Under the pieces are notes generated by a model. The model did not search any database and was not told the origin of the DNA. It saw only the letters and a program-made list of their open reading frames with translations. From NCBI GenBank assembly GCA_964391885.1, contig CAYMNU010000075.1:338-64337 (forward strand): a stretch of 64,000 nucleotides of DNA, in the 5' to 3' direction. A program made the position numbers and the translations under genes. This stretch comes from an uncultured archaeon. GTDB taxonomy: Archaea > Altiarchaeota > Altiarchaeia > JAFGQM01. Below are positions 1 to 9,949 of this stretch, one piece after another (within the stretch, counting starts at the first letter, position 1; every line of letters starts with the position of its first letter).

Positions 1-71
1 TCCGCATAAAGCGGCCTTAACGGGGTTGAAGCCAGATTCTGCTGTATAGCCCTTACTGCTTGTTGGTCCAT
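1..71 (-). CDS. 5' end of an unknown gene running off the window (MDQQAVRAIQQNLASTPLRPLYA...)
   Basis: ATG at 71-69, 24 nt after the stop of the upstream minus-strand gene; frame open to the window edge. Confidence 0.45.
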   Translation of the reverse strand, partial: MDQQAVRAIQQNLASTPLRPLYA

Positions 72-95
72 TAATAAGTTAAGAGCTACATATAT

Positions 96-1361
96 TTAAA
101 TCCCGAGGAAGAACAGTAGCGTCGGCAAGAGCAGGCTGCCCATACAATGGGTTCGCGAAACGCCTGTCAGGGCGGGTATAAGCCCAACGCACATGGAGAC
201 GAGGGCTATGAGGATGCCCAATGCCCCACTCATCGAAAATACCATTGCAAAGACGAAAATGAAACCTATTGCAGAAAGCTTTCTGAAGTCAAGGCTGCCT
301 GCAAGAGTCGAGAATTTTTTGCCTATGAATATATGTATTTTATAGGCAATTACTCCTGATGCCAGCATCACTCCCGCTAGCAGGGCAAGCAGGCCAAAGT
401 CAATCTGTCCGAAGAGGTCCTGGAGTATCACGCTTATTCCGCTGCGGGGGTTATTCATCAGGTAGAGGCTGAATATCGAAAACATCGCGTCCGCGGTGTT
501 TAAAGAACCCACTATCGCCATGAACTGCCTTAATTTTAGCTCCTCTGCCGCCTTCTTCCCTGCATTTGCAAGCTTTCTTCCCTTCTCCCTGAATGATTGT
601 ATCTCCTGGAAGACTATGCCTATCTGTGACGGTGACATGGCAGGGAGCAATCCCACTATCAGCCCGCCAACACCCCCCAGGAAAGAGCTTCTCCACATGC
701 CTTTCGAGCTTATTTCCAACTCTGCCTCCAAATCCTGCGGATAAAACTTTGACCCGGCTTGTATCCCTGTCAGCAATGTGCTTAAGCCGAACATGCCCGA
801 GAAAAGTGGAAGAAAAACCTGGGAAGTCGAAAGCGCATTAAGGTTGAGGCAGGTGTAGCCAAGGTAGCCAGCAAGCAGGAAGCTTAGCATCGCCCAAAGT
901 ATCTTCTCGGCTTTCCTTTCCCTGAGTATGAGGAAGATTATCGAAAAGCCAAGGACTGGCACAATGGATGCCCGTATCATGGAATATGCCATGGGCACAA
1001 GCACGAATGCGATAGGGAGTATCGCAAGCGAGACCAAAACCCCGTAAAGGCTTGCCAGCCCCGTCAGCCTTACGGCTTCCATACCCTTTCCCTGGAGCAG
1101 GAGGCGGTGGGCCGGGAGCATTGAAAGTACGGTGCCCTCATCAGGGACGCCCAGGAAAATAGATGGTATGAAGTCTATGAAGGTCTGCGTCGTAGCCATG
1201 GCCACAAGGAAGACTGCGAAGCTGACCGGCTCCAGACCGAGGATTGCCATCGCCGAGAGCATCATTGCGCCCACGTTGTTGACGTGCAGCCCCGGCAGCA
1301 AGCCGCAGGCTGTGCCCGCGGCTATCCCTAGGAGGAGGAAGATTATGATTTCTATGAGCAA
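96..1361 (-). CDS. TctA-family (tripartite tricarboxylate transporter-like / DUF112) integral membrane protein
   Basis: GLLPGLHVN, FIDFIPSIFLGVPD, LPAHRLLLQGKG motifs; many TM helices. Confidence 0.85.
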   Translation of the reverse strand: MLIEIIIFLLLGIAAGTACGLLPGLHVNNVGAMMLSAMAILGLEPVSFAVFLVAMATTQTFIDFIPSIFLGVPDEGTVLSMLPAHRLLLQGKGMEAVRLTGLASLYGVLVSLAILPIAFVLVPMAYSMIRASIVPVLGFSIIFLILRERKAEKILWAMLSFLLAGYLGYTCLNLNALSTSQVFLPLFSGMFGLSTLLTGIQAGSKFYPQDLEAELEISSKGMWRSSFLGGVGGLIVGLLPAMSPSQIGIVFQEIQSFREKGRKLANAGKKAAEELKLRQFMAIVGSLNTADAMFSIFSLYLMNNPRSGISVILQDLFGQIDFGLLALLAGVMLASGVIAYKIHIFIGKKFSTLAGSLDFRKLSAIGFIFVFAMVFSMSGALGILIALVSMCVGLIPALTGVSRTHCMGSLLLPTLLFFLGI

Positions 1362-1400
1362 AGCGCCTCCGCTAGGAGGCTAGGACTTGAAGGAAGAGAA

Positions 1401-1438
1401 TAATACAAAAAGATAAAATACGCCCCCTTTTGGGGGCG
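1401..1438 (-). terminator. Hairpin plus T-tract terminator after the MC1 gene
   Basis: CGCCCCC-TTTT-GGGGGCG (1421-1438) followed on the minus strand by TATTTTATCTTTTTG. Confidence 0.6.
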
Positions 1439-1458
1439 GACTTAAATAACAAAAACGC

Positions 1459-1755
1459 TTAGAGCTTCTCCCACTTGATGCCGCTCTTGGCAACTTTGGG
1501 CTTCCAAACTTCGGCAGGCAGCCAGTCGGGCCTGTTCTCAGGGGACTTGACCTTTACTCTCTGGCCTTTGAAGACGTGGACTTTAACCATCCCGTTCTTC
1601 TTCTTGCCTCCTCGCTCCCTTATCTCGATAGCAGCATTGCCGTCTGTCGCAGCCTTCAAGGCAGCCTGGTGCGGCCCCTTTCCGGTGTATACGTGGTCGG
1701 TGTCCTTACCGCCCTTCCTTAGGACATAATATCTTTTTTCAGTCATTTTTTCCAC
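1459..1755 (-). CDS. Non-histone chromosomal protein MC1 family
   Basis: RYYVLR..HVYTGKGPHQAALKAA..IRERG..KVHVFKG..P.WLP..WKP.V matches the MC1 pattern; start may be 1746. Confidence 0.9.
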   Translation of the reverse strand: MEKMTEKRYYVLRKGGKDTDHVYTGKGPHQAALKAATDGNAAIEIRERGGKKKNGMVKVHVFKGQRVKVKSPENRPDWLPAEVWKPKVAKSGIKWEKL

Positions 1756-1772
1756 CCTTTGCTAGTTTAGCG

Positions 1773-1822
1773 TAAGCACAGCATCCTGCAGGCGATAGCC
1801 TGCTGAACCCCCACCGCGCTTA
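1773..1822 (-). promoter_or_regulatory. Structured 5' leader of the MC1 gene
   Basis: Minus strand: UAAGCGCGGUG/UGCUGUGCUUA stem (G-U pairs work only on the sense strand) enclosing a GCAGGC-UAUC-GCCUGC hairpin. Confidence 0.5.
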
Positions 1823-1924
1823 TTTGTGTATACTTTTTAGATTACTAGTATAAAAACATATTTGATGCGCCACTTTTTAAGGGTTTTTATAGCTTTTCTC
1901 TCAACATAAGTCTGGATTCTCAAG

Positions 1925-2119
1925 ATGGGCGACAGCTTTAAGAAGGAGATGAGTAAGCTGCTTAGCGATATGCTCTCTGCCTTTATGGTTCTCTTGCTAT
2001 CGGTTTTCGTCTTGGGCATGCTCTATGCCTACTACTTTACATCACGGGGGGCACTGGCCATGCTGTGGCTTCCTGTGCTTTTGCTGGCAGGACTTCTAAT
2101 ATACAAAGTCTTGGAATGA
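1925..2119 (+). CDS. Small 2-TM membrane protein
   Basis: 64 aa, two hydrophobic segments; stop overlaps next ATG (ATGA). Confidence 0.65.
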   Translation: MGDSFKKEMSKLLSDMLSAFMVLLLSVFVLGMLYAYYFTSRGALAMLWLPVLLLAGLLIYKVLE

Positions 2120-3396
2120 GCCTGAGAAAAATAAACAGGGAAAGGATGGGTGGCCATAAACTCGGCAACCCATTTGCGAAGAAGTCGCACTTTAAAAAAC
2201 TGGGCAAGAAGAAGCTTGAAAAAAGCGATGGCCTGGTTCATCCTAGGAAAGCCATGCCCAAGGCGCCGCTAAACAAGACAATGCTGCAGGTCCTCGCAAT
2301 AGCCGCAGTGGCGATAATAATCATAGCTGCGCAGTTTCTCATGCGCTCTTCCCCGGCCCCAGTAACAGACGATGGAACCGATGTCCCGACTCCCATCAAC
2401 GAAACCAATGATTCAACCCCCATAGTGATAAACGAGACAAAGCTTCCCGACCTTGAAATGAGAAGTGTGTCATTGAGTAGCTCTAAGGTAAACATAGGCG
2501 ATAATGTCACAATCACGGCATCCCTGAGGAACCGGGGCGAAGCCAATGCCAGTGACATCACTATGGGCTTTTTCGCCGGACAGGCGAGGATAGGGACTAA
2601 ATTAGTCGTGAACCTCTCAATAGGAGAAACAACAGAAGTCGAGCTTAATTGGTCCCCCGGCCCCGAGCACACGGGCAGTTACAAGATAAGGGCAGTCGCA
2701 GATCCCGACGATTTGCTGGACGAAGAGAGAGAGAACAACAACGAGGCAGATAAAAGCCTCACTGTCGAGGAGATGCTGCTCGAGGATGCAAGCGCCGACT
2801 TCAAGCGACAGGCCACAGTATCTTTCAACAATCACTGGTATTCAGACACCCCCAATCTTAATAATCTCATTCGTGTAGGTGGGGGCGACGGCTATACCTA
2901 TTTCCAAGTGACTAATAAAGAGGGTGATGTCTACTACTTGGACATAATGGTCCCGGGTTTCAAGCTGGAGACAATAAGCCAAATATCCGGAGTTTTCATA
3001 CCCTCGGCATCTTCTGGCGGCTGGAACTCCAGGAATTGCATCAAGGAGACCTTGGTATCTTCTGATTGCATATGGAATGGCCCGCAGATACGCATAGACC
3101 TTGCGATTTCCAGCAGGGGGCTGGAAGCCACAGACCAGGATGGCCAAAGGTCATACGCCAGCACAAGCAAATCCAGGGTAAAGGACATCAAGCTCGTCGG
3201 ATTGAAAAAAGCAAGCTGGCCTGGGGAGCTGAAGACTTGGAGGGTCTTGAATGCCAAAGAGCCGGAATACCTAGTCCCTCTAGAGTTTTATGAGACTGTG
3301 GGCAACTCCCTGTACCTGCACCCTCTCAGATGGAGCCCGAAGAGCTTCAACGCAGAGGCTGCACTCTGGTTTAGATTTGAAATAACTTTGCATTAG
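2116..3396 (+). CDS. Membrane-anchored surface protein with CARDB domain
   Basis: Basic N-terminus, one TM, LPDL..V.I.A.L.N.G...ADPDD...E..E.NN CARDB signature; ATG at 2116 coupled to the previous stop. Confidence 0.75.
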   Translation: MSLRKINRERMGGHKLGNPFAKKSHFKKLGKKKLEKSDGLVHPRKAMPKAPLNKTMLQVLAIAAVAIIIIAAQFLMRSSPAPVTDDGTDVPTPINETNDSTPIVINETKLPDLEMRSVSLSSSKVNIGDNVTITASLRNRGEANASDITMGFFAGQARIGTKLVVNLSIGETTEVELNWSPGPEHTGSYKIRAVADPDDLLDEERENNNEADKSLTVEEMLLEDASADFKRQATVSFNNHWYSDTPNLNNLIRVGGGDGYTYFQVTNKEGDVYYLDIMVPGFKLETISQISGVFIPSASSGGWNSRNCIKETLVSSDCIWNGPQIRIDLAISSRGLEATDQDGQRSYASTSKSRVKDIKLVGLKKASWPGELKTWRVLNAKEPEYLVPLEFYETVGNSLYLHPLRWSPKSFNAEAALWFRFEITLH

Positions 3397-3434
3397 TTTA
3401 ACTAAATTTAGTTTAACTGCAATTATCTCTGAAA

Positions 3435-4946
3435 ATGAAGAAACCAATAGTACTTCTCATACGCGATGGCTGGGGGCATCGGGAAGACCGGAATCACAAT
3501 GCAATCGCCCAGGGTGAATGCCCGTTCACAGACTACTTGATGCGCACTTATCCTCATACCCTGCTCAATGTTTCCGGCGAGGCAGTGGGCTTACCTCCTG
3601 GTTACCAGGGAAACTCCGAGGTCGGGCATATGACTATCGGTGCCGGACGGATAATTTACCAGTCTTTACTCAGAATAAATAAATCGATAGAAAGCGGCGC
3701 CTTTTCCAAGAACCCCGCCTTTCTGAAGGCTATAAATAATTGCAAGGCAAATGGCACAACTCTACACATATTAGGTCTTCTGCAGCAGGAGGGTGTTCAT
3801 GCCCACGTAGACCACTGCCTTGCGCTTTTAAATCTCTGCAAGCAAGAGGGTTTTGAAAATGTGCTAGTACACGTAATAGCAGACGGCAGGGATGCGCCCG
3901 TCAGGAACACGATAAAAAACGTCCGCATATTAATCAAAAAAATAGGGGAATTAGGCATAGGCAAGATAGCTACGGTGTCTGGACGCTATTACACCATGGA
4001 CCGGAACAAGAACTGGGATCGGACCAAAATCGCTTATGATTGTATTGTAAATGCGGAAGGCCCCGAATTCAAAGACCCGATAACGGTGTTCGAAGACTCG
4101 TATGAGGAAGAAATAACAGACGAGTTCATAGTCCCGACGCGCGCATCATGGTATGCGGGCATCAAACCACAAGATTCGTTCATATTCTACAATTACAGGA
4201 CTGACCGCACACGGCAGCTGACGCGGGCGATGATAGAAGATGAGTTTGAGGGTTGGGAGCGAAAACCCCTGGACATCTTCTTCGTAGCGATGACCGAGTT
4301 CTATGCCCCGATGAACAAGCGCGCTGTAATAGCATTCGGGCCAGAAGACCTTAAGAATCTATTGGGCAAGATAGTCGCAGATGCCGGCCTGAAGCAGCTG
4401 CGGATTTCGGAAACTGAAAAATACGCGCATGTCACCTTCTTCTTCAATGGCCAGGTGGAGGCGCCGAACAGGTGTGAGGACAGGATTCTGATACCGAGCC
4501 CGGATGTGAAGACTTATGATATGAAGCCCGAGATGTCGGTCAATGAGATCGGCGATAAAATAGTTGAAGCGCTGGATAAAGACTATTCTTTGATAGTCAC
4601 GAACTTCGTTAACGGTGACATGGTTGGCCACACAGGGAACTGGGATGCAATACTGAAAGCCATAAAAGCCGTGGATGAAAATGTGAAGAAAGTAGTGGAA
4701 AAAACTTTGGAAAAGGGAGGTGTTGTTTTGGTATTTGCTGACCACGGCAATTGCGAGGACGTTTCCTCCGAATGGAGCACTTCACATACGATAAATCCGG
4801 TGCCGTTTATTCTAGTTAGTGGAGATCCGGAGCTTAAGAATGCCCAGCTGAAGTCCGGCAAGGGGCTTCAGGATGTCGCACCCACTACCTTGAAGCTGTT
4901 GGATCTTTCGAAGCCCAAGGAAATGACCGGGGAAAGTATTTATTAA
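3435..4946 (+). CDS. gpmI: 2,3-bisphosphoglycerate-independent phosphoglycerate mutase (bacterial-type iPGM)
   Basis: DGWG, GNSEVGH, DGRD, GRYYTMDR, ETEKYAHVTFFFNG, DMVGHTG, ADHGN motifs. Confidence 0.95.
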   Translation: MKKPIVLLIRDGWGHREDRNHNAIAQGECPFTDYLMRTYPHTLLNVSGEAVGLPPGYQGNSEVGHMTIGAGRIIYQSLLRINKSIESGAFSKNPAFLKAINNCKANGTTLHILGLLQQEGVHAHVDHCLALLNLCKQEGFENVLVHVIADGRDAPVRNTIKNVRILIKKIGELGIGKIATVSGRYYTMDRNKNWDRTKIAYDCIVNAEGPEFKDPITVFEDSYEEEITDEFIVPTRASWYAGIKPQDSFIFYNYRTDRTRQLTRAMIEDEFEGWERKPLDIFFVAMTEFYAPMNKRAVIAFGPEDLKNLLGKIVADAGLKQLRISETEKYAHVTFFFNGQVEAPNRCEDRILIPSPDVKTYDMKPEMSVNEIGDKIVEALDKDYSLIVTNFVNGDMVGHTGNWDAILKAIKAVDENVKKVVEKTLEKGGVVLVFADHGNCEDVSSEWSTSHTINPVPFILVSGDPELKNAQLKSGKGLQDVAPTTLKLLDLSKPKEMTGESIY

Positions 4947-6190
4947 GTCCCTTCTCTCCAGCTTTTCAGATAATCGAGCTGTTCTTTAGATAGCTCATCG
5001 ATGCTTATTCCCAAACTCTCAAGCTTCAGCATGGCAATCCCTCTATCTATTTCCTCTGGAATCCGATAAACCTTAGGCTCAAGCTTCCCCTGGTTCTTTA
5101 CAAGGTATTCCGCACCCAAAGCCTGGTTGGCAAACGACATGTCCATCACTTCGGCTGGATGTCCCTGCCCTGCCACAAGGTTAACCAGTCGCCCGTCTGC
5201 AAGGAGGTTTATCCTCTTCTTGCCGACCATGAATTCATCCACGTTTGATCGTATTTGTCTCTTTGGATACTTCTCCAGGAATGACTTGTCCACTTCATTG
5301 TCGAAGTGTCCCGCGTTGGCAAGCATAGCTCCGTCTTTCATTAGCATTATATGCTCTCCACGGATGACCTGCTTATTGCCTGTAACCGTCAGGAATATGT
5401 CCCCGACCTGGGCGGCATCCTTCATCCTCATCACGTGGAAGCCATCCATATGGGCCTCCAAAGCCTTGATTTCATCCACCTCGGTGACGATGACTTTGCA
5501 GCCCATTCCCTTCGCGCGCATGGCTACGCCTTTTCCGCACCAGCCGTATCCAGCAATCACAAAAGTCTTCCCCGCAAGGATGAGGTTGCTGGCGTTCATA
5601 ATTCCATCCATCGTTGACTGCCCTGTCCCATAGCGGTTGTCAAAGAGGTATTTGGTGAAGGCATCATTAACGTCCATCATCGGGTACTTAAGTACTCCTT
5701 CCTTGACCATCGCGTTGAGGCGGACTATGCCTGTCGTGGTTTCTTCACATCCACCGATAATTCCATCCAACAACTCCCTTCTTTCAGTGTGTACTAGCGT
5801 GACCAGATCACAGCCGTCATCTACAGTAATGTGCGGCTTTATGTCCAGCACTTTATTCAAATTCTCATAATATTCATCATTGCTTTGCCCCCTCCAGCAG
5901 ATAGCCTCGATGCAGGTTTCTTCCGCCAGCCCTGCTGCGGCATCGTCTTGCGTAGTCAGGGGATTGCACCCGGTTATCGCGACATCAGCCCCTCCGTCTC
6001 GGAGAACCTTGGCAAGAGCGCAGGTCTTCGGCTCGACGTGGAGCGCCATTGCAATTCTCAAACCCTTAAAGGGCTTCTCGTTTTTGAATCTCTCATCTAT
6101 TAATCCAAGAACCGGCATATTCCTTTCCACCCATTCTATCTTCAGTTTTCCCTGCCCCGCGAGTCCCGGGTCTTTGATTTTTGATACCAT
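4943..6190 (-). CDS. ahcY: S-adenosylhomocysteine hydrolase
   Basis: NPLTTQD, DDGCD, EETTTG, KYLFDNRYGTGQS, GYGWCGKG, GRLVNL, GHP motifs. Confidence 0.97.
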   Translation of the reverse strand: MVSKIKDPGLAGQGKLKIEWVERNMPVLGLIDERFKNEKPFKGLRIAMALHVEPKTCALAKVLRDGGADVAITGCNPLTTQDDAAAGLAEETCIEAICWRGQSNDEYYENLNKVLDIKPHITVDDGCDLVTLVHTERRELLDGIIGGCEETTTGIVRLNAMVKEGVLKYPMMDVNDAFTKYLFDNRYGTGQSTMDGIMNASNLILAGKTFVIAGYGWCGKGVAMRAKGMGCKVIVTEVDEIKALEAHMDGFHVMRMKDAAQVGDIFLTVTGNKQVIRGEHIMLMKDGAMLANAGHFDNEVDKSFLEKYPKRQIRSNVDEFMVGKKRINLLADGRLVNLVAGQGHPAEVMDMSFANQALGAEYLVKNQGKLEPKVYRIPEEIDRGIAMLKLESLGISIDELSKEQLDYLKSWREGT

Positions 6191-6191
6191 T

Positions 6192-7454
6192 CTAATTATT
6201 CAATCTTTCGATGATTTTATCCTCATTTTCAACCTTCCTATCTCTCATCACGACCTTCCCATTGATTATGCTCGTATCCACATCCCCGCCTTGCATGGCA
6301 TATACGATGTTGCTTATCACATTACTCTTGTTCATCGGAGCAAGATGAGGCTTGTCTAGATTAACAATTATAATATCCGCAAGCCTCCCTTCTTCAATAG
6401 AGCCTGAATCTACACCAAGCGCTTTCGCGCCATTTATCGTAGCCATGTCCAGGGCCTTCTGCGCCGGTACGAGCCTGGCATCCCACTTGGCGTTCTTATG
6501 CAGAAGCGCAGCGAGCTTCATCTCCTTGAACAAGTCCAGGTTATTATTCGATGCGCAACCGTCAGTCCCAAGTGTCACATTCACTCCTCGCTCAAGCAGC
6601 TCCGGGACGGGAGAAAGCCCCCCGCTCGCAAGCTTCAGGTTTGAAGTAGGGTTGTGCGATGGGCTCACCCCTTTCTTTGCAAGCAAATCCATCTCTAGTT
6701 TAGTCAGCCAGACGCAGTGCGCAGCCGTCGTCATTTCATTCAAGAAACCCGCGCTGTCCAAAAGCTCCGGCGGCCTCACCCCTGTCTTTTTGACACAATC
6801 ATAAACTTCCTTTCGCGTTTCGGAAAGGTGCGTATGCTTCCTCACTTTATACTTCTTCGCAATAGTATCAGCCCTTTCGTAAGTCTCGTTAGACGTAACA
6901 TAGACTCCCTGCGCGCCGACTTCGGGAGTAACCAGCTCGTTCTTCTCCTGCCATCTCTTGACAAAGGCTTCGCAGTTGTGCGCAGGGTCTCCTTTCTGCG
7001 TTGTCATCTCTTTATCAAGCACGGCCCAAGCAAGATTTGCCCTTAGACCTGTTTCAATCGCTGCCTTCGCAATCTCATCCTCGAAATAATACAGGTCATT
7101 GAAGCAGCTAGTCCCGAATTTGATAGATTCCAAACATCCGAGCAAAGCCCCTTCGTAAACATCCTTCTCAGTAAGCTTTGAATCTATTGCATAAGTCTTT
7201 TCCAGAAACTCGTCAAGGGCGCAGTCATCCGCCACTCCGCGCAGCTTTGTCATGGATATGTGGGTATGTGTATTGACAAGGCCCGGCATAACCAGCGAGC
7301 GGGAGCAGTCTATACTTTCATCAGCGCCGATATCCAGACACTTACCTATCTTGCTTACTCTACTCCCCTCTATAAAGATGTCCCTAGTCTCAAGAATCTC
7401 CCTTTCACTGTCCTGCGTGACCAAAAATCTGCAATTTTTCAGAAGTACTGACAT
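6192..7454 (-). CDS. mtaD: 5-methylthioadenosine/S-adenosylhomocysteine deaminase (amidohydrolase)
   Basis: PGLVNTHTH, HTHLSET, AAHCVW, SNLKLASG, GTDG..SNN; adjacent to ahcY. Confidence 0.8.
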   Translation of the reverse strand: MSVLLKNCRFLVTQDSEREILETRDIFIEGSRVSKIGKCLDIGADESIDCSRSLVMPGLVNTHTHISMTKLRGVADDCALDEFLEKTYAIDSKLTEKDVYEGALLGCLESIKFGTSCFNDLYYFEDEIAKAAIETGLRANLAWAVLDKEMTTQKGDPAHNCEAFVKRWQEKNELVTPEVGAQGVYVTSNETYERADTIAKKYKVRKHTHLSETRKEVYDCVKKTGVRPPELLDSAGFLNEMTTAAHCVWLTKLEMDLLAKKGVSPSHNPTSNLKLASGGLSPVPELLERGVNVTLGTDGCASNNNLDLFKEMKLAALLHKNAKWDARLVPAQKALDMATINGAKALGVDSGSIEEGRLADIIIVNLDKPHLAPMNKSNVISNIVYAMQGGDVDTSIINGKVVMRDRKVENEDKIIERLNN

Positions 7455-7495
7455 GGATATTTAGTCGACCATAGGACTTAAATGCTTATCTAATT

Positions 7496-9949
7496 TCATT
7501 TTCTTCCCTTCTTTCGCATCTCGGAAATGCGCCGCATGGCAACATCAGAAAAGAAGAGAATCAAAGCAACAAGCCCAAATATATAATAAAGGTCCTCCCG
7601 GCTTCTTGATATTCCCATGGCCTGATCGACCACATACCCTGATAAATCATCCATTAGTTTGGAGGTCTGTCCACTTTGGTACACCTCCCCCCCCGTAGTA
7701 TCTGCCATGGCGGTAAGGATTGCAGTGTTTAGTCGCAGTTCTCCAAATTCCTGCGGATAATTTACAGCCATCGCACAGCTGTATTCACCGGAGCCTACAG
7801 TGAGGAAACCTGCACTTTCTGGCACAAAACTAAAGTAATAGCTCTCCTGGTCGAGGCGCTTGAGATCTACTGAATCACCACCCAGGCTTATGCGGGGGTA
7901 TTCCTTCTTGCTCCTTATTATGACTACGGTCTCCTTCCCAACTCTCGTATCTGCGCATTCTATCCTTAGGTCCCCTCCCCTTTCTGCATCCCCTACTGCC
8001 CAGTTGACGGATGAGGATACAATCCTGGAATTTCCTTCTCCGTAGAGTTGTCCACTCCACTCCCTTCCGCTGTCGGTGCTGAGGGACACTACCCTTCCAA
8101 GCCCGAATCGCCATATTGCGAGTATCGGTTTCATCGAAGGCGTTGCTGCAAGTATCTGGGAACCTGACTTTGCCGTTACGTCATTGAAGCTCTTGAGCGA
8201 GACATTAAGGTTCCACATGCCCTGCGTTATAAAATGATTGGCATCTGTTACTATCATAGCAAACCCCTTACTTTCATCTCGTTCTTGCTCTTCCAGGGCC
8301 CCCACTATTAGCTTTACCCTGTCTGTCTGCGACGGTGAGAAATAGCTGCCCCTACCCTGCAACGCAAGCCCCGCCATGAACGACTCATCCGTATCAAAAC
8401 CTACTCCTATGGTGTGCGTGATTATGCCCTCTTCTGCCATTGACGCAGCTTCTTGGAATGCTTTTACAGGGTAATTTGTAATCCCATCTGACACTAAGAT
8501 CACATATCTGCTTCCCTGCAGGTGGCGTAGCATCTCCCTGGCTTTTGTAAGGCCTACTAGGACATAGGTCCCACCTCCGAACTTGAGCCTTGACACTTTT
8601 TCCTCAAGTGGAGAGCTATCATCCATTTTTAAGATCTGCTGTATCACATAAGCATCGGAGTTGAAGGTCACTGCACCCATGTGGGCAGCATCGGCAAGGT
8701 CTCTTATCATCCTTACTATTATTGACTTCTGCAGGTCTATCTTTGTTTCGCCTCCTATCATCAGGCCTGTGGATCCTGATATATCTATAACAAATATGAT
8801 GTTTATCTGGCGGTCCTTCTTTTCCTCTGCTTCTGTACTTCTTACCGGCAATAGGCGCTCGAAGCCGCTGCCGTAATAACCTCCGTTGCCATAGGAACTG
8901 TTGCCCCCTACCACTAGCAAGCCGGAACCTTCTGCTATGAATTCTCTAATGGGTGCATAATCGCCCAATTTACCCGCATGTATATTATCAATTACAATAG
9001 CCGAGTAAGTATTTAACACAGAAGGCAAGGAAGCTCTGGTCTCTAAGGCATATACTTCTTCCAATACCTCCCTGAGCGGCGAATACTCGCTTTCCGTGAC
9101 CAACAATATCCTGGGCCTCTCCGTCACATCCACTACCTTATTGAAAGCATTGTTCTCTACAAAAAAGTCGTCCGAAGCGGGAACTATGCTAGCGCTTATG
9201 TTATAAGGGCCGGTCCTGCTGAAGACATGCCTGAAGGGGAAGTCCAGATAGGACGCTTCTTGCGTCACATCAGTCTCCATCAAAACCTGACTGCCTATAC
9301 TCAGTTTCAGCTTATATGCCGCATCCTCCCCCAGTTTACCAATCCTCACGCTGCCGATGTATTCTGAATTAATTGGGGTATTCTTGGCCCCGCTTATGGA
9401 CTCTATGAATACCTCATTTTCAATAGGCTCCGGCAAGATGGCAAAGATTCTCGTATTTGCCTTTGAGGCATAAGCTGCTATGTCAAGCGGGTTCGTTCCT
9501 TTGTTACTATTGCCGTCGCTTTCTACTATTACTACACTGCTCTTGAGAGATGACCCGAGAATAGCCTGATAAAGCTCGTCGCCAAGGGCAGTATATTCTC
9601 TTGAGGCAATCTCTCGCAGTTCCACATTTGCCAGCCCTTCCGACCTACCTGTTAATGGCCCCACTAAATTCTGGAGGGTATTACGGTAAAGTGACATGCT
9701 GCCTGTCTTGTCAGCAAGGAGAATTATGGAACCACCCTCTTCCATTATCATTTCTTCCCTGATTATATGTGGGCCGGCAAGCACCAAAAAAAGGCATGCG
9801 ATAGCCCCGCATCGCAGGGAGATTAACAAGGCGTGCCTCTTTTTTAATAGGTCCCGGTTCAGTATTACAAATACGACCACCGCAGCTATTGAGATATAAA
9901 TGAACAACTGCATATCAAAATTTATCCCCATAATCTGCGTTAAAATCAT
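7496..9949 (-). CDS. Membrane vWA-domain protein with glutamine amidotransferase-like domain (MoxR partner)
   Basis: MIDAS-like DKTGSM and DISGST, GGGT, LVSDG; GLGRVV; N- and C-terminal TMs. Confidence 0.85.
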   Translation of the reverse strand: MILTQIMGINFDMQLFIYISIAAVVVFVILNRDLLKKRHALLISLRCGAIACLFLVLAGPHIIREEMIMEEGGSIILLADKTGSMSLYRNTLQNLVGPLTGRSEGLANVELREIASREYTALGDELYQAILGSSLKSSVVIVESDGNSNKGTNPLDIAAYASKANTRIFAILPEPIENEVFIESISGAKNTPINSEYIGSVRIGKLGEDAAYKLKLSIGSQVLMETDVTQEASYLDFPFRHVFSRTGPYNISASIVPASDDFFVENNAFNKVVDVTERPRILLVTESEYSPLREVLEEVYALETRASLPSVLNTYSAIVIDNIHAGKLGDYAPIREFIAEGSGLLVVGGNSSYGNGGYYGSGFERLLPVRSTEAEEKKDRQINIIFVIDISGSTGLMIGGETKIDLQKSIIVRMIRDLADAAHMGAVTFNSDAYVIQQILKMDDSSPLEEKVSRLKFGGGTYVLVGLTKAREMLRHLQGSRYVILVSDGITNYPVKAFQEAASMAEEGIITHTIGVGFDTDESFMAGLALQGRGSYFSPSQTDRVKLIVGALEEQERDESKGFAMIVTDANHFITQGMWNLNVSLKSFNDVTAKSGSQILAATPSMKPILAIWRFGLGRVVSLSTDSGREWSGQLYGEGNSRIVSSSVNWAVGDAERGGDLRIECADTRVGKETVVIIRSKKEYPRISLGGDSVDLKRLDQESYYFSFVPESAGFLTVGSGEYSCAMAVNYPQEFGELRLNTAILTAMADTTGGEVYQSGQTSKLMDDLSGYVVDQAMGISRSREDLYYIFGLVALILFFSDVAMRRISEMRKKGRK

